Below, one piece after another: positions 9,585-19,213 of a stretch of DNA of 64,000 nucleotides. Location of the stretch: the NCBI GenBank assembly GCA_024280015.1, contig JAJRQY010000132.1:5436-69435 (forward strand). Direction: 5' to 3'. Source of the DNA: Actinomycetes bacterium. Its GTDB lineage: Bacteria; Actinomycetota; Acidimicrobiia; Acidimicrobiales; SZUA-35. The notes under the pieces were generated by a model, which did no database searches, was not told the origin of the DNA, and worked only from the letters and a program-made list of their open reading frames with translations. Made by a program: the position numbers and the translations under genes. The stretch's first letter is position 1. Each line of letters begins with the position of its first letter.

Positions 9585-10029
9585 CTCCTGGCTCAAGTGC
9601 TTGAGCGTGATGCTAGGGGGCAAGCACTCGATCGACAATGACTAGCGGCTCAGAGCCGCATCAGTTGGGCTGGTCTGTGCCCGGCCACAGACCAGTGACC
9701 TGTCGCGTGGCGGATGTTTCTTGGGCGAAACGTGTCTACAAGCAGCTTCAACCCATCAGAAATGATCCGTCCGGACTATCAAGCTCAATGTTTTTTCAGT
9801 GGAGCCCGATACCCCATCGAGTGCTCTTGTTCGTGGCCAGAATCTGGACACCTGAGGAGTTGTTCAATCGGATCTTCAATGGCCAGATCTGATGATTTCG
9901 TTCGTGTGACCCAATCCAAGGCAAGGACTCCCAGCAATGACAGCAACTCCAACCGAGACAGCGGCCGTCATTGGCAATATTGAGGAAAAGAGCGCTGGTG
10001 GTTCACCACCCTCTGGCTCCGGGAAGGTG

Positions 10030-11874
10030 ATGAACCGCCGGGCGCTCGTCGGAACGCTTGCCCTGGTCGCTGTCGGGGCCGCCGCCTGCCGGGATGGCGA
10101 GAACGCAGAAGACGCAACAGGAGTCAAGGGGAACCTGGCCATCCCCGACCCCGCTGATATCAGTCCTGAGGTGCTTCCTCTCTATGAGGGATCCAACAAT
10201 CGCGACGATGGCGGATCTGCTCCGACGACGCGTGTCACTCGGCCAGGTCCCACTTCATCAACGACCGGTGCAAGACCAACAACGACGACCAGGCGGACCA
10301 CAACCACCCGGCGGACGGCAACAACGCTGGCTGTCACCACCACTGCCCCGGCGATGACGTCTTCGACTACCGCAGCACCGACGACGACCTCGACCACCGT
10401 TGCACCAACGACAACCACGACTGAGCCGCCGCCGGTGGTTTCGACCAGCTTGTTGGCGACAAGGGTCACGTTTGGATCAACACCCGGCGTCGAGAACGAC
10501 CTGAGTCTGCTTGGGGCGTCGGGTTGGATCGAGCAACAGCTCGGCCGTTCAGCCCCTGATCCGACCGTTGAAGCGCTGGTCTCCGGATTCCGCACCCTGA
10601 ACACGACCCGTCAACAGGCCTATCAGATTCGTAAGGATGCCGATGACGATGTGATTCGGTACGAACTTACTCATTCGGCCCTGGTGCGCTCAACCTATAG
10701 CACACATCAGTTGTACGAAATGATGTGTCACCTTTGGATGGATCACTTCAATATCAACATCTCGGGCAATGGCAGCTACCGCCATCTAGCCATTGACTAT
10801 CAAGAGAATGTCATCCGGGCCAACGCTATGGGTCGCTTCTCCGATCTGCTGAAGGCCACGGCGAATTCACCGGCCATGATGATGTACCTGGACAACTACC
10901 GCAGCAATGCCAACTCCAGTAGCGGGGTCAACGAGAATTACGGCCGGGAGCTTCTGGAGCTCCATACTCTTGGCATTGATCGCAACGACAACCAGATCTA
11001 TACCGAAGCAGACGTTGTCGGAGCTGCTCTCATCATGAGCGGCTGGAGTGTCGAGACCGATCGCGACTCCGCTAACTACAGTGACTTTCGTTACCGCTCC
11101 AACTATCACCACACTGAGGCGGTCAGTATCCTTGGGGGAGCCTTCTCCAGCGCGGGCCTGAGTGGCAAGGCGGCCGGTGACGCACTGGTTGACTATCTGG
11201 CCAAGCACCCAACGACCGCCAGTCACATTGCTTGGAAACTGGCCCGTCGTTTCGTGTCTGACACGCCGTCTGCCGCCCTCATTGCTTCGACTGCCCAGGT
11301 CTATTTGGCCAACGACACACAGCTGATACCGACCCTGCGACACCTGCTAAATAGCACGGAGATGGCTCAGTCTGACGGCTTGAAATTCCGTCGCCCATTC
11401 GAGCTCATGGTTGCTTCCATGCGAGGGCTTGGCACCAGCCTGTCGGTCGATCCGACCTCACGAGCAGCCCGTGTTCTGCGTGACCGTCTCAACAGCCTGG
11501 GCCAAGAACCGTGGCGTTGGGAACAGCCCGATGGCTATGCCGATTTCTCCGATCCTTGGATCAACTCCGATGGCATGTTGCGACGCTGGGAACTCAGCGC
11601 ACGTCTTGCTCACGACAATATGACCAGTTCCAGTGATGCTGACCAATTGCTGACTGATCTGAATGCGCTTCGAGGCTCGGCGGCAACCGCAGGTGAGGTG
11701 TATGACCTGATGGCCCTGCGATTTGGGCTCGGTGTACTTCCTCCCACTCTGCGCGACCAGCAGCTGGCCCTGGTTGACGGCGTAGCAGCCGATGCCGCCA
11801 GCTCCATTGATGATGATGAGTTGGCCGAGCTTGCCAGCTACTTGTTGGCCCACCCCATTTTCCAACTTCGCTAG
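10030..11874 (+). CDS. DUF1800 domain protein with Thr/Pro-rich linker
   Basis: ATG 10030 is preceded by GGGAAGG (the ORF is open from 9937). N-terminus MNRRALVGTLALVAVGAAAC. Long T/P-rich tract. Core motifs WMDHFNI and NENYGRELLELHTLG. Confidence 0.8.
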   Translation: MNRRALVGTLALVAVGAAACRDGENAEDATGVKGNLAIPDPADISPEVLPLYEGSNNRDDGGSAPTTRVTRPGPTSSTTGARPTTTTRRTTTTRRTATTLAVTTTAPAMTSSTTAAPTTTSTTVAPTTTTTEPPPVVSTSLLATRVTFGSTPGVENDLSLLGASGWIEQQLGRSAPDPTVEALVSGFRTLNTTRQQAYQIRKDADDDVIRYELTHSALVRSTYSTHQLYEMMCHLWMDHFNINISGNGSYRHLAIDYQENVIRANAMGRFSDLLKATANSPAMMMYLDNYRSNANSSSGVNENYGRELLELHTLGIDRNDNQIYTEADVVGAALIMSGWSVETDRDSANYSDFRYRSNYHHTEAVSILGGAFSSAGLSGKAAGDALVDYLAKHPTTASHIAWKLARRFVSDTPSAALIASTAQVYLANDTQLIPTLRHLLNSTEMAQSDGLKFRRPFELMVASMRGLGTSLSVDPTSRAARVLRDRLNSLGQEPWRWEQPDGYADFSDPWINSDGMLRRWELSARLAHDNMTSSSDADQLLTDLNALRGSAATAGEVYDLMALRFGLGVLPPTLRDQQLALVDGVAADAASSIDDDELAELASYLLAHPIFQLR

Positions 11875-11884
11875 GAGCGAGCAC

Positions 11885-13216
11885 ATGACGGCAACAATGA
11901 CACAAGACCAGCAGTGTTCGAGCACCATGATTGGCGAAAAGGCAGCCGCAACCTCCCGGCGACGCTTCCTCGTCGGAGCAGGTGTGGTCGGAGCGGCAAC
12001 TGCACTTGGACCTCGCTTGGCCTTTGCTACGCCGAGCCAGCCAGCCAGCGGTGACGCCCTCGTCGTAGTCTTCCTCCGAGGTGGCGCCGATGGCCTGAGC
12101 CTCACCCCACCCTATGGTCACCAGAGTTACCGAGACGCTCGGCCGACCATCGCGCTGCTGCCACCCGGCAGTGGCCCGGGAAGCGCCCTTCCCCTTGACA
12201 CCGCCAGCAGCGCAAATGCTGTGTTCCCTACGGGCATTGACGGTGTCGTCGGCTTGCACCCTGCGATGGCTCCCATTCATGACACCCTGTGGGCCAATGG
12301 CCAGCTGGCCATCATTCCCGCTTGCGGATTGCCACGTTCGGAAAGTCGGACACGTAGTCACTTCTCCGCCGAACGGTATTGGGAGCGCGGCTCAGCCAGC
12401 TCATCAGTCCGTACAGGCTGGCTAAACCGAATGCTGTCTGCTCAGGGCGGATCGGCTCAGGTGCCAGCCATTTCCAGTAGCTATCACGCGTCAGACCTGC
12501 TGAAGGGCCCGACCAAATCGATCACGGTGCCACGTTTGAGCCAGTTCGGTTTGCGCGGCTTCGACAATGGTTCGCGAGCTTTCTCGACCCTCCAGTCCAT
12601 GTATTCCAGTAGCTCTGGTTCAATTGGGGTAGCTGGCACCGAAGTCTTGTCGGTCGTAAGCACCCTGGACCAGCTGGACCCCGATGCCGGTATGGCCTAT
12701 CCCAGTGGCAACTTCGGTCGCAGCTTGAAAGACATTGCTGTCATGCTGCGCTCCAACATTGGATTACGTGCCGCCCATGTCGACTACAGCAGCTGGGACC
12801 ATCATGGAAACCTCGGCGCTCCCGGAGACCCCGATGGGCCGCTGCACAAGCGTGCCGCCGGACTGGCCCAGGGCCTTCGTGCCTTCACCGATGACCTAGC
12901 CAGCGACGGCTCGCTAAACGAGGTCACCATCTTGGTCATCACCGAGTTTGGTCGCACGATCCACGAGAACGGATCCCAGGGCACCGATCACGGTCGGGCG
13001 GCAACAGTCTTCGCTATGGGTGGTGGAATCCAGGGTGGCGTGTTCGGTGACGACTATCCCGAGGTGATTGAGGATGACCCCGATGACAGTGATCTCAGCG
13101 TCATGACCGACTTCCGCAAGCCAGTCTCAGAAATCCTGGCCAATCGGGTCGGTGTTGGCAATGTCTTCCCAACCTTTACTCCAGCAGCACAGCCAATGGG
13201 AATCACTCGCCCATAG
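11885..13216 (+). CDS. DUF1501 domain protein with twin-arginine signal
   Basis: ATG 11885. Tat motif SRRRFLVGAGVVGAATA. C-terminal TEFGRTIHENGSQGTDHGRA. Sits immediately downstream of DUF1800. Confidence 0.85.
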   Translation: MTATMTQDQQCSSTMIGEKAAATSRRRFLVGAGVVGAATALGPRLAFATPSQPASGDALVVVFLRGGADGLSLTPPYGHQSYRDARPTIALLPPGSGPGSALPLDTASSANAVFPTGIDGVVGLHPAMAPIHDTLWANGQLAIIPACGLPRSESRTRSHFSAERYWERGSASSSVRTGWLNRMLSAQGGSAQVPAISSSYHASDLLKGPTKSITVPRLSQFGLRGFDNGSRAFSTLQSMYSSSSGSIGVAGTEVLSVVSTLDQLDPDAGMAYPSGNFGRSLKDIAVMLRSNIGLRAAHVDYSSWDHHGNLGAPGDPDGPLHKRAAGLAQGLRAFTDDLASDGSLNEVTILVITEFGRTIHENGSQGTDHGRAATVFAMGGGIQGGVFGDDYPEVIEDDPDDSDLSVMTDFRKPVSEILANRVGVGNVFPTFTPAAQPMGITRP

Positions 13217-13235
13217 CGAGAGCGCGCGGCGTTGG

Positions 13236-14183
13236 TCAACCGACGAGGAGTTCTTCGATCAAGTTCATCACCTCAACCGCGTTGACCTCGGTACAGATAT
13301 TGATATTAGGACGCCCCTGCCAGGCCTCCGGGGCCATGTCGGTCGGGCGCAGGAGTGGCCAGGTTTTGCCGCGGCTGAAGCTCTCGGTCTCGACCCGGAC
13401 GGGTGAGGCCACGGTGGTAAAGAGTTCTGGGTTGAGTACATAGGCAATGGTTGCGGGGTCATGCATGAAGATCCCCTCGATCCCCGCGACTTGTTCGACG
13501 AACTCTCGATAGAACGAGAGCGCTCCATCCAGCAATTGAGCTTGGGCCGTCCCGGTGCCGGTGACCCGGCCCATGCAGGCATGATCCATGATGATGTCGT
13601 GGGTGACATCAAGGCCAACCATTGTCACCGCCCAGTCGGCGCCAAAGACTAGATCGGCGGCTTCGGGATCGTTATTGATATTTGCTTCGGCGGTGGGTGT
13701 TGCGTTACCGGGAACGAGGGCGTTGCCGCCCATGATCACAACCTCGTCAATCAACTCTGGCAGGTCCGGATGACGTTGTAGGGCGGTGGCCAGGTTGGTG
13801 AGGGGACCGATGGGAACCAGGGTGACCTTGCCTGGACTGGCCAAGGCGCTGGTGTAGATGAACTCAGCAGCATCATCCTTGATGGGGCTCGTCTTGGGGT
13901 CAGCGACTTTCCTCTGGCCTAGGCCGTGTTCGCCGTGGACGAAGTCTGCAGGGCCGAGATAGTCCGACGCTATGGGTCTGCTTGCGCCCCTAGCCACAGG
14001 AATGTCGGACCGGCCAGCAATTTCCAGGAGGGCGAGAGCATTGCTGGTGGTCACCTCTATTTTGGCATTGCCGTAGACTGTCGTCAGGCCGAGCACCTCA
14101 AGATCGGGGGAGGCCAGAGCCATGAAGATGGCCACTGCGTCGTCGATCCCTGGGTCGGTATCAATGATTATTGGGCGAGTCAT
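13236..14183 (-). CDS. nucleoside hydrolase (inosine/uridine-preferring family)
   Basis: N-terminal Asp cluster IIDTDPGIDDAVAI. 315 aa. Confidence 0.9.
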   Translation of the reverse strand: MTRPIIIDTDPGIDDAVAIFMALASPDLEVLGLTTVYGNAKIEVTTSNALALLEIAGRSDIPVARGASRPIASDYLGPADFVHGEHGLGQRKVADPKTSPIKDDAAEFIYTSALASPGKVTLVPIGPLTNLATALQRHPDLPELIDEVVIMGGNALVPGNATPTAEANINNDPEAADLVFGADWAVTMVGLDVTHDIIMDHACMGRVTGTGTAQAQLLDGALSFYREFVEQVAGIEGIFMHDPATIAYVLNPELFTTVASPVRVETESFSRGKTWPLLRPTDMAPEAWQGRPNINICTEVNAVEVMNLIEELLVG

Positions 14184-14331
14184 GTGGTCGGAGACTAGCC
14201 CCTGTGACCCGTTGCGCTATCCCCAATTGGGTTGCGTGGCCCAACTGGTTGACTAGGTCGTTTGGCTCATTGTGGTTGCTCTAGTAAATGGTCACTCACT
14301 TGTTGGCTACCAGCTGGTAGGTTCGACATTC

Positions 14332-14733
14332 ATGGGCCTGACATGTGCGCGCTACAACTGCCAAGAAGGTGGCGCAGCCAGCTTGCAGTTTGATACCGGC
14401 GGATCTCGCGTCTTGCTGGTTGACCTGACCGAGAGTGTTGCTGGCATACCCGTGTGCGCCAGTCATGCCGAGACCAGGACAGCTCCAATGGGTTGGGAAC
14501 TGGTCGACCTGCGGACAGTCATTGGTCAGGCCGCGCTCCCTCAAGATCCGGTTGCCGTCGCTCGCGATTCGATTGTCCGTGAAGTTGGGCCGTCAAGTCG
14601 ACCGACACGACGCCGTACCGACTTCACGTCACCCTTCACCTGGGATCGGCAAGCTCGCGAAGAAGCGAATCACGACGCCGCAGCCGCCAAGCCCGAGAGC
14701 CCCCTCCTGGCTCGTGCTTTTCGTCTCAGCTAG
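14332..14733 (+). CDS. DUF3499 domain protein
   Basis: ATG 14332. Pattern CARYNC...LQFD...[21 protein letters not shown] matches the actinobacterial DUF3499 layout. The C-terminus is disordered. Confidence 0.65.
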   Translation: MGLTCARYNCQEGGAASLQFDTGGSRVLLVDLTESVAGIPVCASHAETRTAPMGWELVDLRTVIGQAALPQDPVAVARDSIVREVGPSSRPTRRRTDFTSPFTWDRQAREEANHDAAAAKPESPLLARAFRLS

Positions 14734-17612
14734 CTGTAGGCGTCAAGCGGTGGGCAGGAACAGCTGAGGTTGCGGTCTCCCCACGCGTTGTCGACCCGGC
14801 CAACCGGTGGGAAATACTTGTCGACCTTCATGCCCGGCAGGGGGAATGCAGCCTTGTTTCGGCTGTAGCTACGTGACCAGTCATCATCCATCAGGACTTC
14901 TGCTGTATGGGGCGCATGGCGAAGAGCACTGTCTTCAATGGCAATCGTGCCGTCGGCGACATCATCAATCTCACCCTTGATGACGATCATGGCGTCACAG
15001 AAGCGATCGATCTCGGCCAAGCTTTCGCTTTCGGTCGGCTCGATCATCAGGGTGCCCGGCACGGGGAAGGACATGGTGGGTGAATGGAAGCCGCAATCGG
15101 CCAGTCGTTTGGCGATGTCATCAACGCTGACGCCGGTCGCCTCAGTAATGGGACGGATATCGATGATGCATTCATGAGCAACCAACCCCGCCTCACCGGT
15201 GTACAGGACCGGGTAGTAGGGCTGGAGCCGGTGGGCAACATAGTTGGCTGCGAGCACCGCGGCCTCGGTGGCGGCTCGAAGACCGTCGGGCCCCATCATC
15301 TCGATATACATCCAGGTGATTGGCAAGATGCTGGCTGATCCCCACGGAGCGGCTGAGACTGGGCCTCGACCGACTGGTCCCGCTTCGGGGACAACTGGAT
15401 GGCCGGGCAAGAAGGGTGCCAGGTGCTCACGGACCCCGACCGGTCCGACTCCTGGCCCTCCGCCGCCATGGGGGATAGCGAAGGTCTTGTGCAGGTTGAG
15501 GTGGCTGACGTCGGATCCGTACTTGCCTGGTTTGGCCACTCCGACCAGTGCGTTCAGGTTGGCGCCGTCGGTATAGACCTGTCCGCCCGCCTCATGAACC
15601 AGATCGCAGATCTCAACCACGGTGTCTTCGTACACTCCATGGGTTGACGGATAGGTAATCATCAGCGCAGCCAGATTCTGGTCGTGCTCGGCAATCTTGG
15701 CTTTCAGGTCATCAAGGTCAACATCACCACGCTCGTTGCAGGCGACAACAACGACCTTGAGGCCAGCCAGTACCGCTGATGCGGCGTTGGTGCCGTGAGC
15801 CGAAGATGGAATCAGGCAGATCTGGCGGTGGCCTTCACCAATACTGTTCAGGTAGCCGCGGATGGCAAGAAGCCCGGCGTATTCACCCTGGCTGCCCGCA
15901 TTGGGTTGTAGCGAAACCTGGTCATAGCCGGTGATCTCAACCAGGGCCTGCTCAAGATCAGTAATGAGTGTTCGGTAGCCGACCGTCTGATCAGCAGGAG
16001 CGTAGGGGTGGACGTTGGCGAATTCGTCCCACGTCATTGGTTCCATCTCTGCGGCCGCGTTGAGCTTCATGGTGCATGACCCGAGAGGGATCATGGTCCG
16101 GTCTAGGGCGAGATCACGATCGGCCAGCTTGCGAAGCCAGCGCAGCATCTCATGCTCGGACTGATACCGGTGGAAGCGGCCATCGGTCAAGAACTCACTG
16201 GCCCGACGCAGCTTGGCCGGGACGCCGGCCGGTTCCGCATCGGCTGGTTGCTGGTCGAAGCCGTCTGCTACGAAATCGAAAGCTGGAGCCAATGCCTGCA
16301 AGGTGGCCACGGTCGTTGTTTCGTCGAAGGAAACGCTGAGTGAGTCGTCGTTGATCAGGTTCAGGTTGATCCTGGCGGTAGCCGCCGCGGCAACGATTGC
16401 GGCCGCCTTTCCGGGGGCGGTCACGGTGATGGTGTCAAAGAATGAGTCGGTCATCTCATAGTCAGGATGAGCGTTCCCAAGCATGGAGCGGAATTGGTGG
16501 GTGAAGTTGTGCACCCGTCCAGCTATGGCAGTGAGTCCTTCGGGCCCATGCCAGCAGGCATAGGATGCGGCGATGTTGGCCAGCAAGGCTTGGGCGGTAC
16601 AGATATTGGAGGTGGCCTTCTCCCGGCGGATGTGCTGCTCGCGGGTCTGCAACGCCAACCGGTAGGCCGGGTTGTCAGCTGAGTCAACCGAAACTCCGAC
16701 CAGACGCCCGGGCAGTGAGCGAGCCATCTTCTGCTTGGTGGCCATGAAGCCAGCGTGAGGACCACCAAAACCCATGGGCACACCGAAGCGCTGAGCTGAA
16801 CCAACGACCACATCGGCCCCCAACTCACCAGGGGGAGTGATAAGGGTGCAAGCCAGCAGGTCGGTAGTGACTGCTACCCCAACCTTGGACCCATGGCTCG
16901 CCTCGATCAAGGGAGCAACATCGATGAGTCGCCCCGAGGACCCCGGTTGGGCCACTAGCGCACCGTAGATGGTTTCCAGGATGGGCCCGCCCGCCACGAG
17001 CTCAACCGTTGGGTCACCAACAATGATCTCGATGCCAAGGGGCTCAGCTCGAGTCTGCACAACGGCGATGGTCTGGGGGTGACATTCAGCATCGACAAAG
17101 AAGGAGGATCGCTTGGTCTTGTCCGCTCGACGCAGCATGGTCATGGCTTCAGCGGCTGCGGTTGCTTCATCCAACATGGAGGCGTTGGCCAGCTCGCAGC
17201 CGGTGAGGTCAGCAATCATGGTTTGAAAGACGGTAAGCATCTCTAAACGGCCCTGGCTTATCTCGGGTTGATAGGGCGTGTAGGACGTGTACCAGGCTGG
17301 ATTCTCAATCATGTTGCGACGGATCACGGCCGGCGTGATTGTGTTGTTCCAACCCAGGCCGATCAGGGAAGTGAAGACCTGATTCTGGTCGGCGAGCACC
17401 CGCAACTTGGCCTGAGCCTCGGTTTCGGTGAGCGGGCCATCGGTGGTCAATGGCTCATGGATCTGGATATTGTCGGGCACTGCCTTGGCCACCAGGGCAG
17501 CCGCCGTTTCGTAGCCAAGCTCGGCTAGAAGCTTGGCCTGTTCATCCGCGGTGAGCGAGATGTGGCGATCGGCGAACGAATGGTGGTCGGAGTCAGCTTG
17601 ATGGGTACTCAT
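14730..17612 (-). CDS. gcvP: glycine dehydrogenase (decarboxylating), single-chain P protein
   Basis: 960 aa. PLP-Lys region [19 protein letters not shown]. Typical N- and C-halves. Confidence 0.97.
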   Translation of the reverse strand: MSTHQADSDHHSFADRHISLTADEQAKLLAELGYETAAALVAKAVPDNIQIHEPLTTDGPLTETEAQAKLRVLADQNQVFTSLIGLGWNNTITPAVIRRNMIENPAWYTSYTPYQPEISQGRLEMLTVFQTMIADLTGCELANASMLDEATAAAEAMTMLRRADKTKRSSFFVDAECHPQTIAVVQTRAEPLGIEIIVGDPTVELVAGGPILETIYGALVAQPGSSGRLIDVAPLIEASHGSKVGVAVTTDLLACTLITPPGELGADVVVGSAQRFGVPMGFGGPHAGFMATKQKMARSLPGRLVGVSVDSADNPAYRLALQTREQHIRREKATSNICTAQALLANIAASYACWHGPEGLTAIAGRVHNFTHQFRSMLGNAHPDYEMTDSFFDTITVTAPGKAAAIVAAAATARINLNLINDDSLSVSFDETTTVATLQALAPAFDFVADGFDQQPADAEPAGVPAKLRRASEFLTDGRFHRYQSEHEMLRWLRKLADRDLALDRTMIPLGSCTMKLNAAAEMEPMTWDEFANVHPYAPADQTVGYRTLITDLEQALVEITGYDQVSLQPNAGSQGEYAGLLAIRGYLNSIGEGHRQICLIPSSAHGTNAASAVLAGLKVVVVACNERGDVDLDDLKAKIAEHDQNLAALMITYPSTHGVYEDTVVEICDLVHEAGGQVYTDGANLNALVGVAKPGKYGSDVSHLNLHKTFAIPHGGGGPGVGPVGVREHLAPFLPGHPVVPEAGPVGRGPVSAAPWGSASILPITWMYIEMMGPDGLRAATEAAVLAANYVAHRLQPYYPVLYTGEAGLVAHECIIDIRPITEATGVSVDDIAKRLADCGFHSPTMSFPVPGTLMIEPTESESLAEIDRFCDAMIVIKGEIDDVADGTIAIEDSALRHAPHTAEVLMDDDWSRSYSRNKAAFPLPGMKVDKYFPPVGRVDNAWGDRNLSCSCPPLDAYS

Positions 17613-17636
17613 GTTTGGACGGAATCCTTGGCTGTT

Positions 17637-18776
17637 CTAGCGGCGGTAGTTGTGGGCGACGAAGGGAAGATCGACAACGGTGACACCAACATCGGTCCCT
17701 CGGACATCGGCAATGAGTTCGGTGCCAATGACCGCGTGTTCTGGCGGGACATAGCCCATGGCAACGGGATGCTCGACCGTTGGCCCATACCCCCCAGAGG
17801 AGACCTCACCCGCAGCTTCTCCGGCTTGAGTCTTCAGCGAGGTGTGATCACGGACTGGTCGTCGACCAGCCGCGGCCAGACCAACCCGGACTCGGGCCGG
17901 GCCGTTGTTGTACTGGTCCATGATGATGGCTGCCCCGGGGAAGTCTTTGGCCTCTCGCCTCCGCTTGGGCATGGTCCATTTCAGGTCCGCCTCCACCGGG
18001 GTGATGGACTCACTCAGATCATTGCCATAGAGACAGAGGCTGGCCTCGAGGCGAAGGGTGTCGCGTGCGCCAAGACCAGCTGGTTTCACCTCGTCCTGAG
18101 CCAGAAGCCAACGGGCCAAAGACTCAGCTGCATTGCCGGGCACAACAATCTCCAGCCCGTCTTCTCCGGTGTATCCAGAGCGGGAAACGGAAAGGGCGAT
18201 TGGATCGGCGTGACCATCGAGGGTCACCTCGACGGCCAAGGCCTCCATGAACGACATGTCCGAGACCGCCGGGGCCAAGCGAGCAAAGGTGGCAACGGCC
18301 TTTGGACCTTGCAGAGCCAGCAGGGCTACATCGGTCCGTTCGATGATCTTGACCTTGGCCGGACCGTCGGAGGGCAGGTTGGCCCGGAGGTGGGGGAGGT
18401 CAATGTCACGACGAGCAGCGTTCACGATGATCATGAGATGTTCGCCAACATTGGTAACCATCAGGTCATCAATCACGCCCCCCTCATCGTTGGTGAACAG
18501 GGCGTAGCGAATCTTGCCCGGCTTGAGAGTGGTGAGGCCGGCCGGCGTGAGCTGCTCCAGGGAGGCAGCAACATCTTCGCCGTGGAGTTCGACCACTCCC
18601 ATGTGGCTAACGTCAAACAGGGCAGCAGATGTGCGACACCAGTTGTGTTCGGCCACCACTCCTTCGTATTGGATGGGTAGCTCCCAGCCGGCGAAGTCAA
18701 CCAGGCGACCACCGAGTTCGGTGTGCAGGCTATGTAGCGGGGTTGTTTTCAGGGCTGGATCGGACGCTGATGACAT
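17637..18776 (-). CDS. gcvT: glycine cleavage system aminomethyltransferase T protein
   Basis: ATG 18776 is preceded by GAGG. Motifs TPLHSLH, GWELPIQY, FDVSHMG. 24-nt gap to gcvP. Confidence 0.95.
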   Translation of the reverse strand: MSSASDPALKTTPLHSLHTELGGRLVDFAGWELPIQYEGVVAEHNWCRTSAALFDVSHMGVVELHGEDVAASLEQLTPAGLTTLKPGKIRYALFTNDEGGVIDDLMVTNVGEHLMIIVNAARRDIDLPHLRANLPSDGPAKVKIIERTDVALLALQGPKAVATFARLAPAVSDMSFMEALAVEVTLDGHADPIALSVSRSGYTGEDGLEIVVPGNAAESLARWLLAQDEVKPAGLGARDTLRLEASLCLYGNDLSESITPVEADLKWTMPKRRREAKDFPGAAIIMDQYNNGPARVRVGLAAAGRRPVRDHTSLKTQAGEAAGEVSSGGYGPTVEHPVAMGYVPPEHAVIGTELIADVRGTDVGVTVVDLPFVAHNYRR

Positions 18777-19006
18777 GGGTACCTCAAAACGGTGAACGTT
18801 CGGTACCCCCTCTGTCACAAACCTGAGAGTTTGGCGGCAATCCAGTTGACACAGAACTGCGCTTACACCTTCGGTGGACAGGCACCCGCCTATGTGGGGC
18901 GGACCTGACGCTCTCCAGAGTGGTCAACGCCTTGCGATACGGGTGCCTGAGAGTTTCCGGGGCGGTTGCTCCTTCGGCGGGCCAGTCAAAGCTGACCGCT
19001 CTCCCA
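18777..19006 (-). promoter_or_regulatory. tandem glycine riboswitch (two aptamers) with SD-sequestering hairpin
   Basis: The minus strand reads GGGAGAG...CCGCCGAAGGAGCAA...CTCTCAGGCA, then CTCTGGAGAG...CACCGAAGGTGTAA...CTCTCAGGT. The downstream hairpin GGGTACC(18808-18802)/GGTACCC(18783-18777) covers the GAGG Shine-Dalgarno sequence. Confidence 0.85.
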
Positions 19007-19213
19007 CAAGATGGTAAGACCAGCCTGCAGACTACCCGGCTGATCGGCTGTTGATGACACCTGCTGAGTGATCGTGCCAGGCTCGTAGTTGGATCATGGC
19101 GGCCCCCATGGACCCGATGAAGGCCAAGATGGTGGAGACTATTTGCCATGATCGCCTCAAGATTTGCGTTGACCGTCTCAAGATTTTTGATGCTCCGGGC
19201 CGATACCTCATCT

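Noticed and set aside
17562-18680. 372-aa + strand ORF antisense to gcvT
   Set aside because: It overlaps a confidently identified gcvT. This is the typical long antisense ORF of GC-rich DNA, and it contains no recognisable motifs.
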